Counted from the first letter of the stretch, positions 37,760-51,238 are shown. The stretch is 64,000 bases of DNA from Chara braunii (GCA_003427395.1 BFEA01000005.1:6829673-6893672), one strand, 5' to 3'. Numbers and translations: made by a program. Notes: generated by a model from the letters alone, not told the origin.

Positions 37760-38124
37760 AGATCCATCAGGGTTCGAACTTGGGGTTCTGTCTGTATTTC
37801 AACGGTTCATCGGGATGTACCAACTGAGCTAGGCTCGTTGGTGCATTCTCTCTTTCCCTTTTATTTCCAGTTGTTTGTGAAATTTTGCTCGGCAAAAGAG
37901 GGAGGGATCCACCGATCCCCGAGCACTGTTATGTCTGTGTTTCAACAGTTCATGGGTGTTCCGAGCTAGGCTGGTTGGTGGGTTGTTTCTCTCTCTCTCT
38001 CTCTCTCTCTCAAGGGAGACGGCCTAAATTCAGAGTTATTTGACTCATCTGATTCATCTGGATTCGAACTTGGGTCTGCATTTCAACAGATCATGGGTGT
38101 ACCAACTCAGCCAGGCCCGTTGGT
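37760..38124 (-). mobile_element. Three tandem tRNA-like Pol III heads at ~140-bp spacing (middle one partial)
   Basis: A-boxes TAGCTCAGTTGGT (37819-37831) and TGGCTGAGTTGGT (38101-38113); B-boxes GTTCGAACCC (37770-37779) and GTTCGAATCC (38060-38069). Confidence 0.6.
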
Positions 38125-39240
38125 CTCTCTCTCTCTCTCTCTCTCTCGCTATTTGTCCTTTTCCAAAATTTTGCTTGGCAAATAAGGGACCGGGGATCCC
38201 CTAGCATCGTTATATTCGACAGAGCTTGGAAGGAATCTTCCCCCCCCCCCCCCCCCCCCCCTAAATGTGATAAAAAAGGTCGGCCCGTAGATCGGCTGTT
38301 TTAAGTGTGTGTTCCATTTAGCCACCCACACGCGCGGATGTACAGTTTAGCCGTCATTTCTTTTTTGTTTGTTTTCGAAGAATAATAAAAAAGGTCACAC
38401 GGGCGGATGTTCAGCCTAGCCATCATTTCGTCTTTTTTAAATATATATATAAAAAAAAAGACCCACGGACGGATCGTCAGCCTACCCATCGGTTTCTTTT
38501 TTCCAAATATAATGGAAAAGAGGCTGGCAGGCTGGCATTGTTACTAAACACTCTTCTTCTGTTTTTTCGAATATAATATAATATAAAAGGTCACATTAAC
38601 GGATGTTCAGCCTAGCCGTCGTTTTTTTATTTTGAATATAATAGAAAAGGATGCACAGGTGGAACTTGAGCCTAGGCATTGTTTCCCCCCCCCCCCCCCC
38701 CTCTGTGGGTGTGTTATATAATGCAAAAGAGGGCGACAGCCTTGATATAAGGCATTGTTTCTGAACACGTTGTGAGAGGAACATATTTTGTGTGACCGAG
38801 GAGACATGGAGGAGGAGGAAGATTGTGGTTGAGGAGAATGTGGAGGAGGAGGAGGAGGAACAGGGGAGGAACAGGAGGAAGAGGAGGGGGAGGACCAGGA
38901 AGAAGAGGAGGAAGAGGAGGAAGAGGAGGAGGTGTATCACATGCACCCCGAACAACCTGATTTCTACGTATAGGGGTTACAAAGGATTTTCTAAGGATTT
39001 ACTACCGCCCCCCCCCACCCTGTTCCCCCCCAAAAAAATATAATGTGCACCCTGATTCTGAAAGTATACAAGCCATGTCTATGGTCAGATGCAGGGATTA
39101 TGATTGCGCAACTGCCTTTGGGAGAGACGGCGCAACTGCCTTTGGGGGGGTTGCGCGGATGTTTTTCCTTCTGACTTTGTTTGGCTTACTGCCCCTGTTT
39201 TTTTTTTGTTTTGCGTTTTTTGGTCTTCTTGTTTTGCAGG

Positions 39241-39336
39241 ATGATGGCAAAAGAGGAACAGAAGGCCAGGAGTTCAGTTACGAAAGAGGAACAAAAGGCA
39301 AAGGAGAATTGTGTTCCCAATCCCGCCAGGCCACGA
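39241..39336 (+). CDS. Possible upstream exon of the host gene (frame uncertain)
   Basis: Pyrimidine tract plus TTTTGCAG acceptor at 39239; GTGAGT donor at 39337; open in two frames. Confidence 0.35.
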
Positions 39337-39944
39337 GTGAGTGGTGACATCAGAACGCACGTGCCACACCCTCTTACGTTTTTTTTTAATTTTAAATCTC
39401 TTGTGAGCAACATTTTTATGGACGTTAAGGCAGGCGTTTACCCTTTTTAACTTTCGAACACTGAGAATAGATGACCAACATGGCCTTACCCTGTTAAACC
39501 GCCACTACCTCCGAGTCTCTCTTTGCCGAGGCGGATTCCCACCTGTGCACCAACTTCGCTGAAGCTCGAGCACGGTGTTTTTTTCTGGGGGGGGGCTGTC
39601 ACCACCAGCGTCCTGTAGCCCTGAGCCTCCAACGAACCCAGAATGGCATATTTTCCGATGGTGCCCGGGGAAGGTAACTTCTTCCTCACCCGAATACAAT
39701 CTATAGTCATTGTTGCTGTGTTTAGACTAAAACATACCCCAAATACAGCTATAATTATCATACATTGTATTTGGGTGGAGAAGGTAGTCGCGGTTTAAGT
39801 CAGGTATTACCCCCTCCCACCACCACAAGCCCCCTTCTTAACTTTCTAACACTGAACGTAGAGAGCTGCCATGACATTTCCCTCTTAAAGGAACTTGGTG
39901 GGCTTGACTCAGTCAGACTACTCTCTTGAAAAAGGGGGAACTCG

Positions 39945-40090
39945 TGGGTCGAGTCAGTCAGGATATGCCGATGTGTGGTCAGGTATGGTCGCTCGGGTCG
40001 ATTCAGTCAGGCTATACCGATGTGTGGTCAGGTACGGTTGCTCGGGTCGATTCAGTCAGGCTATACCGATGTGTGGTCAGGTACGGTTGG
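39945..40090. repeat. ~49-bp tandem repeat, 3 copies
   Basis: GGTCGATTCAGTCAGGCTATACCGATGTGTGGTCAGGTACGGTTGCTCG. Confidence 0.9.
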
Positions 40091-40468
40091 TACAGATCGC
40101 ATGCACAGCACCCATCTATGCTCTCCACTGGGATACCTGGCGGACTGCTCATCAACCCGGATTGACTTTTAAAAGTACTTGTTTTTGAGAAACAAAGAGC
40201 CATACTGACCGCCGGATGACGTGCAATCCTGTGGTCGGGATTTTGATTGACTTAATATTTCAACTAGATTGGGTGCCAGGGTGACGGAGCCGTAGAATGA
40301 CCACCTTGTGATTTCACGGTGCAGTCAGCCATTTTAATTGACTTATTAACTGAAAAATAGAAATCCCTTCCCCAGTGGGAGCTTCTCGTACACAGCTTTT
40401 TTCTTTTTCGTGCTTGTTGTCTACTTTTTTTAAATTTATTTTTGAGGGGAAAGAGGGGAAAAAAACAG

Positions 40469-40585
40469 GCAGGAAATTTGGAATTGCTGTGGTATCCTGG
40501 TGCGAATGTTCGACTGCGGACAGCTGGTGTGACCGTGTGCATGATCTGGATACGAACTTGGCCGGGATGTGGATTCGCTCAGAAA
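40469..40585 (+). CDS. Possible internal exon (39 codons, phase 0/0)
   Basis: CAG...GTGGGT; AGNLELLWYPGANVRLRTAGVTVCMIWIRTWPGCGFAQK; weak acceptor context. Confidence 0.25.
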
Positions 40586-42676
40586 GTGGGTGGTGGGTGT
40601 AAAGGGGAAAAAAAAGAGGGGAAAGGGAGGAAAATAGAAGCGGCCTACTGTTGAAAAAAAACAGATCCGAGGTCACATCCAGATGGATTAGATGACCGAA
40701 ATTCTTGAATTGCCTGGTGCCGGTAGTTCAAGGTTGATAACTCAAGGTCGTCACTGTTTTTCTTTCTTTCTTTCTTTTCTTTTTCTTTCAAGAAGCGCGT
40801 GCAGGGATTGACTGCGGAGCCAAAAAAGGAAAAGAGCAGAAAAGGAACGGGAAAAAAGGATTGCCTGTACACTTTGCTTGAACTGGAGAGTTGAGGCCTC
40901 ACTTGGCTAATCTTTGGAAAGTTGAGTTATTAGGAAAGTGACTTTACTGCTATGGACTACTTTTGTGAAAGGTGACTTATTTTTCCACTTTTAATGACAT
41001 GATTCACTCACCACTCTTCACATTTTTACCAAGCATGGGAGTGTGACCCCTAGGGGGGGTCAGGGTTTAGGGTTTAAACGTGAGTGTTAAGGGGTCTTGT
41101 ATGGAAAATGGGGTCGGGGTGCGCATAAACAGTGGGAAACTACAGCTGAAAAGCGTGAGTCCATGTTTGCAGCATCGAGCAGGTGGTATGGCCTGATTAC
41201 ACACACACACACACACACACTGTAGATTTTTGAGAATGTATGCTTGGAGTTCTGGCCACAGTATCTTGGCGAGGAGGCTCAGAGAGTGTTTGCTGTGGGT
41301 GCCATTCCCATGGGCTGCTCTTTTGGAGCACACCTAAGAAACAGTGACTTAAGCAGAAGCCCTCCTGGTGCCGCATGAAGATCTTGTGGTCTTTGGGATT
41401 ATGGTACTCTATACACTCCAGAGGCTAGACAGCAGATGGGGACTGTCTAGCCATGGAGTGATAGAGATAATGGTGACATGAGTGGGTCGTTTGGGAGGAA
41501 TAGGAATGCCAGTGCTGCTGGGCTTGTGGGCTGACTCGGAGGGCGCTCCCAAGTTTTTTTGGACTACTGCGGGATCTGGTCGGTGCTTTCTTGCTGGTGG
41601 AGGCTTCTGTGTTAGCTATGTTGCCTTCTGCCCGTTGCCTTTTGTTTTTATAGATTAAAAAACTATTGTGCTCTGATTTACAGTGTGACAATATATTTGT
41701 GCAAGTGCGCTGCTTCGTCTGCAGACGGGTGTGGTGGGCACTTCCCACTCAACCATACAAACGTGGGGAACCTTGCACCTATTATATAGCTCATCTATAC
41801 TTTGTTTATGGATGGTTTGTGATGGTATGTGGATGGAATGAGATAGAGAGTTTGGGGATGTTGATAACCACGCAGTTCATGCGAAAGTGACCACATATGT
41901 AGTCCATGTTTGCCCCTGCTTCTTTGCATCTCTTGTCCGTCTCTGGGGATGAGAGTGTGTGCCTTGACAACTTTTCATGTGCGCTTTGTGTTGATACTTT
42001 GCCTCTCGTCTGTTGGTCTCTTCTTTTTTGATGTGTTTGTGTTTGTGTGTGTGTGAGAGAGTGGGAGGGAGAATGTGTGCGCTACTGGGAGTGTGAATGT
42101 GTGTGAGAGAGGGAGGGAGGGAGAATGTGTGCTTTTGTGTGTGAGCGAGAGAGGGAGGGAGAGGAGGAGGGAGGGAGGGAGGGAGAATGTGTGTATGCTT
42201 GTCCAAGTGCCGTGTGAGCGAGAGGGACGGAGGTAGACTATGTCTTTGTGTGTGTGTNNNNNNNNNNNNNNNNNNNNNNNNNNNNNNNNNNNNNNNNNNN
42301 NNNNNNNNNNNNNNNNNNNNNNNNNNNNNNNNNNNNNNNNNNNNNNNNNNNNNNNNNNNNNNNNNNNNNNNNNNNNNNNNNNNNNNNNNNNNNNNNNNNN
42401 NNNNNNNNNNNNNNNNNNNNNNNNNNNNNNNNNNNNNNNNNNNNNNNNNNNNNNNNNNNNNNNNNNNNNNNNNNNNNNNNNNNNNNNNNNNNNNNNNNNN
42501 NNNNNNNNNNNNNNNNNNNNNNNNNNNNNNNNNNNNNNNNNNNNNNNNNNNNNNNNNNNNNNNNNNNNNNNNNNNNNNNNNNNNNNNNNNNNNNNNNNNN
42601 NNNNNNNNNNNNNNNNNNNNNNNNNNNNNNNNNNNNNNNNNNNNNNNNNNNNNNNNNNNNNNNNNNNNNNNNNNNN

Positions 42677-43991
42677 GACCAATTTCAAAGTGCAAATTCA
42701 CAAGAAAGTACAATGCCGTCCAGTTGCAGAAAGAAATGAATGACCTAGAGGGGAGGGAGAGATAAAGAAGAAGAAGAAGAAGAAGAAGAAGAAGATGCAC
42801 ACCAGCAAAAGACCAATGGTAATTCCCACCTTCTTCGCCACCCAACTACTCCTTATCTCTTCTCTCATTCAAACAACCACTAACATATATAACAATTGCT
42901 ATTTGGCGGCCTGTGACCAGCAGCCGATCTGGGCCCTCAGTTTCCTTGGCGCGCGATGGTCCAGATTGGCTGCTGATGGTTTTCAATGTCATCAACTCGT
43001 GATCTGGACCGTCGGCGGCGTTGTACCGCACGGCCCAGATTGCGTGTTGATCGTTTTCGAGATGATAGCTGGGCCAGTAGGCCCTGGCCCGGTAGTGCGG
43101 CGCGGGTACTACGAGGCCGGGGCCTACCAGCCCTGCACAAATTCCAACTCCCCAGCCCCGGTAGTGCCGCGCTTCGCCGGAAGCCCTGGGGTTTGTGACT
43201 ACTACTTTTAGGGAGGTGGCCACAAATTCGCACTCCCCAGGGCACTACGCGCAGGGCACTACGCGCAGGGCACTTAACAAACTTTTTTGGGGAAGGCAGC
43301 CAAACGACTATTCCGGTTGACGGCTGCCTACACATGCCTATGCATGCCTATGCATGACTTCAATGCATAACTTCGATGCGACTAACTCGACTTTGACTCT
43401 CTACGACGCTACTCTACGCTACTGCGCTCGACTTCTCTACGATGCTACTCTACGCTACTGCTCTCGACTTTGACTCTCAGCGTCACTACACTACGCTGCT
43501 GCGCTTGACTTTGACTCTCTGCGCTGATCTTCACTACTCACTCTCTCTCTCTCTCTGTGATCGGTAGGGGGGGTGAGGAAGGGGGCACGACATGTTTTTT
43601 CCCCTTTTCTCTCTCTCTCTCTCTGTGATCGGTAGGGTGCGGAAGGGGCGCGTGACATGTTTTCCCCCTTTGGGCTCGACGCTCGACTTCCATGCTACTT
43701 GGACTTCGCTCTACACACACACACGCACAAACTTTCTCTCTCTTTCTCTCTCCGTGATCGGTAGGGGGGGTGAGGAAGGCAGGCACAAGATGTTTTTTTC
43801 CCTTTGGACTCGACGCCCGACTTCCACGCTACTTGGACTTTGCCCTACACACACACACGCATGCACGCACACACACACTCAAGCACGCACGCACACACAC
43901 ACACATGCACACACGCACACATATGCACACACACACATGCACGCACGCACGCACACACACACACACATGGCGAGTCCTTAGCCATCAGTAC

Positions 43992-44038
<47 letters not shown>

Positions 44039-44383
44039 NNNNNNNNNNNNNNNNNNNNNNNNNNNNNNNNNNNNNNNNNNNNNNNNNNNNNNNNNNNNNN
44101 NNNNNNNNNNNNNNNNNNNNNNNNNNNNNNNNNNNNNNNNNNNNNNNNNNNNNNNNNNNNNNNNNNNNNNNNNNNNNNNNNNNNNNNNNNNNNNNNNNNN
44201 NNNNNNNNNNNNNNNNNNNNNNNNNNNNNNNNNNNNNNNNNNNNNNNNNNNNNNNNNNNNNNNNNNNNNNNNNNNNNNNNNNNNNNNNNNNNNNNNNNNN
44301 NNNNNNNNNNNNNNNNNNNNNNNNNNNNNNNNNNNNNNNNNNNNNNNNNNNNNNNNNNNNNNNNNNNNNNNNNNNNNNNNNNN

Positions 44384-44435
<52 letters not shown>

Positions 44436-44653
44436 CTACGACACTCCCACCCCACCCCACCCCCTGCTCTCCCCCACCGTCAAGTGTATTATCTGTATCG
44501 ATCAGATTCATATATGATCCGTGGCGCCACGCTCGCGCGCGCGCGAGAGAGAGAGCGAGAGTCTCCGTCAAGTGTATTATTTATACCGATCAGTTCTGTG
44601 GTCCATTGGGACCCAAAAAAAAGAAACGGGAAAGAATGTGCGCATGCGCAGGA

Positions 44654-44740
<87 letters not shown>

Positions 44741-44783
44741 CTACTCTGCTGCGTGTGACTTTTGTACTATGGTCCCCCGGCAT

Positions 44784-44835
<52 letters not shown>

Positions 44836-45881
44836 CAACTTCTTGGCAAACATTTCCTTTTTTATTGCGGGTGTAGCCGGAACAGGTCCCCTAGTAAATA
44901 ATAATAACATGGCTGAACCAGAATCAATGTCTGCATCCCTCTTCTACTGCCAGCACAACAGAAGGCCCACCATAACCATGGCCAGGCCTAGCCTATGGCG
45001 GGCTTCTAGCGGCCTTGCCCTAACGTGCAAAAGGCAACACGAAAGCAGCGCTGTCTTCATCCTCTCAGGCCGCTGTTCCTGACTCTGCCTCGAAGCTTCT
45101 TGATGCAGCGCCACCCAACCTGGGGCCTTCCAGAGGCCAAGGTGATGAAGATGGCGTCCACAATAGCCAGGTAAGTACCTCTCCCCTCCCCTAGCCCCCA
45201 TCTTACTGCTCCTCCTACCAGGCGCTGTCCCTCCAGCGCTGCACATTAGCGCTCTCCACCAGACGCTCCAGCAGCATGACGCCCAAACTTGCACACAGCA
45301 AATGAGGAGGAGAAACTCGCTCCTCCTGGAGATATACCACATGCGAGGCACTGAATGCCTCACGGCCTCCAAGCCACCGGCACCTCCTCCTCCTAGAGGG
45401 AAACATCATTGCAGGCTCTGATATCGTCCGCCACAGGCTCTAGACTACAGACTACAGGACTGGTACCTACTCCCAGGCCTACCGGACCCCCTAAATCCAC
45501 GCGATCCTCCAAGGTACTAACTTTTTGTCTTTTTCTGATCGGCCACCCGCTGCTCGACACACCTACGGACCTAGCCTCCTACTACTTGAGTGTGCCCTAA
45601 GCTACCCCTCCGGCCACTTCAGTGTTTTCCCCATTGCACCCTTGAAGTCACGGCCACAGGTATGTACCGGCCCTGCGGGCCTCCCAAACAAACAAGAGCC
45701 TGGCGGGCCACCCACACGCTCAGTCCGACAAGCACTCAGACAGGCACGCAGACCAGCAAACACACACACACGCAGACTTAGAAACTCAGCAAGACGTGAG
45801 GATCTCAGCAAGGCATTCATTCCAGTTGCAAAACTCAGAAATCAGCTGTGTTCTCAGTCCGTGTTTTGGCAGGTCCTTACA
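42677..45881 (-). mobile_element. LTR related to the chromovirus LTRs, split by a ~2-kb insertion
   Basis: 42677-42876 aligns to 51745-52060; 44895-45881 aligns to 52060-53173 and ends GGCAGGTCCTTACA. Confidence 0.8.
42877..44894 (+). mobile_element. Non-autonomous Helitron-like insertion
   Basis: Ends with an imperfect GC hairpin then CTAG followed by T; no TSD; interrupts an otherwise colinear LTR; 5' end approximate. Confidence 0.55.
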
Positions 45882-45959
45882 TATTTTGCTTTTTTGAGGA
45901 CATAACCCGGTGTTTACGGGGTTGGAAAATTGTATCATTCGCACACGATATTAAGAGTG

Positions 45960-46420
45960 TTATATCATATCTTCGAGGGTGTCCATGAGGGATTTGAGTA
46001 TCATGTAAGGTGGGGTTCATGATGGGGTCGAGTATCAGATCATACCTATAGTTGCAGGGGGTTGAAGGGAGATATCATATGAACGTGGGGAGGGGAAGGG
46101 GGCCGCATGAGGGGGTCGGGTATCATCGTATCATACCTACATTTGCAGGGGGTGAAGCCTGCTATTGTATAAGAAGGGTCGTGGTGGGGTCGAGTACCAT
46201 ATCTGTAATTGCAGGAGTCAGAAGCCTGCTGCCATGTAAAGGGGGTCATGATGGTATCTATAGTTGCAGGGGGTTGGAGCCTGCTATCATATAAGAGGGG
46301 TCATGGTGGGGTCGAGTATCATCATACGATATCTTTAGTTGTAGGGGTCTGAAGGGCGCTGCCATATGAGGGGGGGCATGCTGGGGTTATGATGGGGTTA
46401 TGATGGTTCGAGTTTCATAT
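45960..46420. repeat. Degenerate G-rich tandem repeat
   Basis: Recurrent GGGGTCGAGTATCA and TTGCAGGGGG units. Confidence 0.7.
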
Positions 46421-46897
46421 CATATGTTCGTTTCTTGACCATGTAGACCAACTTCCTATTAGAATTTAGAACAGCTCATCGGTTGTGTTGCATTTGTACT
46501 CAGCTGATATTAGAGAGACGAAGTGCAAGGGTTGTGCTAGGGCAAAGCTAATTATTGCGTTTCCATTGAAATGGGAGATTTCTCAGATCAGTTGAAAAAG
46601 GAAATAAATAGGAAATAAATGGCATTGAAATAGAAAACAAATAGCACTGAAAAAGAAAACAAATTTCATTGAAAAGAAAATAAATGGCAAAAGAGAATGA
46701 TGCAGCAGAGAAGAGTAACGTTGCAAAACCCCTTGAAAACCATCCCGTCTTCCATTCTCTCTCTCTCTTTTTTTTTTTTAATAACTAGACTGTTCTTTTT
46801 AGTACAGCCTAGCAATGCTAAGTGTCCTCCTAATCTGCATCTGTCCGGTGGATATGGATGACAAAATTTGTGGGTGCTACTTATTTGGGACCAGCTC

Positions 46898-47171
46898 CAG
46901 TGTTCCATACCCGGGTCGGTGCCCCTTGACCAGTCGGCTGGTCGGCACCTACAGGTCAGTAGTCGTCAGCACCCTGCAAGGTTTTTTTTTTGGGTCCAGA
47001 ACCCCCAGTAATCGTACCAACAACCCCATACCCACCCCCGATACCCCCATACACCCCCCCAACACCCCCAAAATGCTGGTCGGCAGATTGCCGACCACTG
47101 GCCCTACTGGTTGGCTGCAAAATGGTAGTCGGTCGGGGTCGGGGTTGGCGGTCCGCAGGTATGCAACCCTG
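46898..47171. mobile_element. hAT-type MITE, 274 bp
   Basis: TIRs CAGTGTTCCATACC / GGTATGCAACCCTG; perfect 8-bp TSD ACCAGCTC (46890-46897, 47172-47179). Confidence 0.9.
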
Positions 47172-47759
47172 ACCAGCTCACAATTTGTGCATGTCATCCT
47201 TTTGCAGCGGCCATGCTAAACCCGTACGGACTCCTCTCTATCTCTCTCTCAATCTCTCTCTCCCACTCTCTCTTACGCATTTACGAAGCCCTTCTCCAAA
47301 CACAACGCACCTTGATTACTGATGTACCCAAGTGATCTTCTCTCTCTCTCTCTCCACGTTTGTGAAGCCCCCCTCCAAAGACGGAGCACCTTGATTATGA
47401 ATGTACCCAAGCGATCTTCCTAGTCCGATACAGTCGTGATGAGGGGGCATGTGTTGCGGGGGGAAGGGGCACAGACAGGTGCTTCTGCTGCCTTCTCTCT
47501 CTTTCTCTGTGTCTCTTGCTGGCAATGCATCTGCAAAGCCCCTCCCCCCCCTCCCTTTTGAGCGTAGTATAGTTTGATTGCGAATGTATACAAATTGTGA
47601 GCGTTTAATTGGAATGGCTATGGTCTGAGTAAAAACATGTTCACCAACTTCACGCGAACAAAATAGATAAACGTTTGTTGAGGGGGGCAAGATGTGAGTG
47701 GATCTTTTTATTTCGGGGGCCAATGTGGGATTCATATTTTTTCTTTTCTTTTTCTGGTT

Positions 47760-50700
47760 TGAGAAGTGTACTGGGCAATGTTATGACTTTGTCGGAATCA
47801 GTTTCGCTACATCAAGGATAAGATAATGAATGTGGCAATAATGTTCTTCGACTTTGAGAAGGCATATGACCAAGTGAATTGGGGTTTTCTCCAGCAGTGC
47901 ATGGAAAGGGTGGGTGTAGGACCTAATTTCAGGAAATGGATACGGGTCTTATACAATGATGCACACGGGCAGGTACAGGTGACACTTGTCGCAGAGCTAT
48001 AGGATGATGAGATCGGTCAGACAGGGGGACCCATTAGCAGCCCCCATCTTTTTGTTCATAATGGAAGCAGTGGCATCTTTCCTCAGAAAGGATCCTTCCA
48101 TCCAGCGTTTGATAGCTGAACCGGATCAGCAGGGTAGACTGATACACTTGCCGACGACACTCCTTTTTGCTGACGATGTGACGGTGCTTATTCGTGCCTC
48201 GAGCTCATTCTTCGAGGCTCTCACTCGAGCAATGCTTGCTTTCCAGCTGGCATCCGAAATGAGAATAAATTGGCCCAAGACTATAGGATGGTGGTTGCAC
48301 TATGGAGAAGGAGAGGAGCAGAGACCTGTTAATACCCCGGAAGTGGTCACCAGTAGAGGAACCACTATGTTATTTGGGAATTAGGTTAGCAGAAGCAGGG
48401 CCTCACCACGCAATGGCGCCAGAGATTTTAGCCAAAATTTTGACGAAGCTAAGTACTTGGGCAGCAATTTATACTTCTTTGTTTGGGAGAGCGTTAATCC
48501 TAAACGCCTCCATTTTTTGATATTGTGGTATGTAGGTTCGATTTGGACACCGCCAGATCGGTCCATTGGCGAGTTAAGAAGAAGGTCAGCAACTTTCCGA
48601 TGGTCAGCAAACCCAAGTAAACAGAATGTCATATCTAAGGTAGCTTGGAAGCATGTAATCAAGCCAAAAGAGCAAGGGGGATTGAGCATATTAGACCCGG
48701 GGCAGCAGATGAAGGCGTTGCAAACGAAGTGGATTTTGAAGGTTATCACCCATCCTCAGCTATGTTGGGCTTCTCTTGCATTAGAGCACATTAGAAGACT
48801 GGTTAAGTAGGCCAACATGACAGGGCTGTTTTGGGTGATGAGCAAAGGCTGGGCAAGGAAAAGTAGGACGAAGGCGAACGGACACCTGGGGCAACGGACA
48901 AAAGCGATGGCTCTTGTTGGGCACAACTCCTCAAGCTGTGGGGGGACATTTTCCCAGCAAGAGTAAGAGAACCTAGGAAAAGAGAGGAGGTTCTCCGTCA
49001 ACCACTTTTCTGCAATCCTTGGATTAAGGATCACCAAGGGAAGCCGCGTACCCTGACAGCAAAAGATTCAAAATGGGGAACATGGGTGGAGCATGGAGTC
49101 TGGCAGGTTAGACATTTATGGTCAGAAGACAAGCAGCGATGGAAGACGGCAAGAGAACTTCGGAACGAGATGAAGGGTACCCACAAATTGCTAGAGAATC
49201 TGAATGATGTTCTTATTTCTATACCACCAGGATGGGTAAACTTACTAGAGAAGGGTTCGAATTGGGAAAAGGGGGATTGGGCCATGTGGTTGCACGAGGA
49301 TAAACCGGAAGTTGCATTTAGAACAAGGGGTAAGACGGGCCCAGGGGACGCACGGTTGTTGGCTGATATGTTATCAATAGTAGTAGTAGGGGCCACCACC
49401 AGTCAATTAGATAAGACATCTGTTTCCCTGATTACAATCTTTAAAAAAGCAGTACGTAAGGTCAGAGTAGTGGAGACGGACAATTATATGATTTATGCTC
49501 CAACTACATCTCTAGGAGATTTAGAAGTTGACCCAGCAGAATGGGCATGGAATCTCAAGGGAGGTTTTCTGAGGGTTGCCAGAAGAGTAAACATACTTCA
49601 ATATACAACCAAATTGGGGCACAGGCTCAGGAGAAGGTCTTACCCACTGGCAGAATCACTAGCTATTCGTTGGGAACGGAGGTTGGAAGTACCCAAGGCG
49701 CAAGTCTCTCGTCTTTCGTGGTCAGCATTGAGTACTATAAGGTTAGGCAGGGTCAAAAGTCTACAATGGCTGATTTTCCACGTAGCGCTCCCAGTCAACG
49801 TTTGGTTGTATGAGCGCAGAGGTCACAATCAGAGGAATNNNNNNNNNNNNNNNNNNNNNNNNNNNNNNNNNNNNNNNNNNNNNNNNNNNNNNNNNNNNNN
49901 NNNNNNNNNNNNNNNNNNNNNNNNNNNNNNNNNNNNNNNNNNNNNNNNNNNNNAGGGTCAAAAGTCTACAATGGCTGATTTTCCACGTAGCGCTCCCAGT
50001 CAACGTTTGGTTGTATGAGCGCAGAGGTCACAATCAGAGGAATCAGATCAACCAGAAGTGCAATCTGTGTACTGATGAACAGACGGAAACCCTGCTTCAC
50101 TGCCTGCTGCAATGCCCGGAGGCGGCATATGTGTGGGGAGTAGCCAGGGAACTGTGACGAAAGATTTCAGATGAGGCCTTTCTGGAAGATAGCAGGATCC
50201 TCCTCACTGGTATGGAACTTCCAAAGAAACGGCAGTTGGGACAGAAAAGAGCATTTCAACTTTTGAGACAATATACATTATGGACCATATGGAAAAGAAG
50301 ATGTCAGATGACAATAGGAAGGGGGCAAATGCACAGACTGGAGGCCAAGAAAATTCTACATGTTGGAGACGGATATTACGGCACAACGGCAAAGAGCAAG
50401 AAGACAAGCCCAACAAAATCCGGAGAAAGCCCGGGAGACGTTCAAAACGTTTCAAAGGGTTACGTTGGTTAAGGGTAAGATAGCAACAATCGAAGGATCC
50501 AGAGTCGTCTTTCACTGGTTTGAGAATACGGAGCAACGTGAGCAAGAATAGTGCGTCAGATTCCCTGAGGTAGTACACCAAAATTATGCCAGCATTGAAA
50601 CTGAGGGTTTAGGGTTCAGGGTTTAAGGTTTACACACGAGCAATGCAAATAGGGCTTGGGGTGTTGGGGATTTCGAGAGGGGTCCCAGGAGACTCTAGTT

Positions 50701-51017
50701 AGAACACAATTATCTGGCAGTTATAAAACTGAGAGGAGTCCAACTGGGATCACAGGGATGATGGAAGCAGTAAAAACTCGGGCATAATTATGCAGGGGTG
50801 AGGGATGGTACATCCTTCCGTATGGAAGCAATCAATGCTGTCTACTCGGGCCTCCCAGCCATAATGGGGAGGAGCGTGTGTGAGTTTCTCATGTATATAT
50901 TATTGACTTGCCAGGGGAAAGGAACCGGACTGTCGTTCCCCAGAATGGTAGGAGCCAGAACCATAAGGTTCTGTTTAAAAAAAAAGAAAAAAAAAAAGAA
51001 AAGAAAGAAAAGAAAGG
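47760..51017 (+). mobile_element. 5'-truncated, decayed L1/Tx1-like LINE (RT, C-terminal zinc finger, 3' UTR, A-rich tail)
   Basis: DFEKAYDQVNW, RQGDPLA, LLFADDV, PKEQGGL, CNLCTDEQTETLLHCLLQC; A-rich tail from 50977. Confidence 0.92.
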
Positions 51018-51238
51018 GAATACATGAAAGTTGATGAAACCTGTTTCATTTTTTTCAGTTTTTTAACGGACGTTCCAAAGGACGGAAACCTGATTGTATT
51101 CAACAGGACTTGTTCTATTGATCTGGTGTACCATTCAACCACAAGGGGCAAGTACAGGGGCACAATTGAAATTTGACATTGCGGGATAGAATTAGACCTT
51201 GACTTGGGACTTTTGCCTGATGCCCTCCTTGGTTGCAG

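Noticed and set aside
41877-44711. Long ORFs of 190-320 aa
   Set aside because: Artifacts of N runs and dinucleotide microsatellites
49749-50043. Duplication within LINE ORF2
   Set aside because: Identical sequence on both sides of an N gap; most likely an unmerged contig overlap
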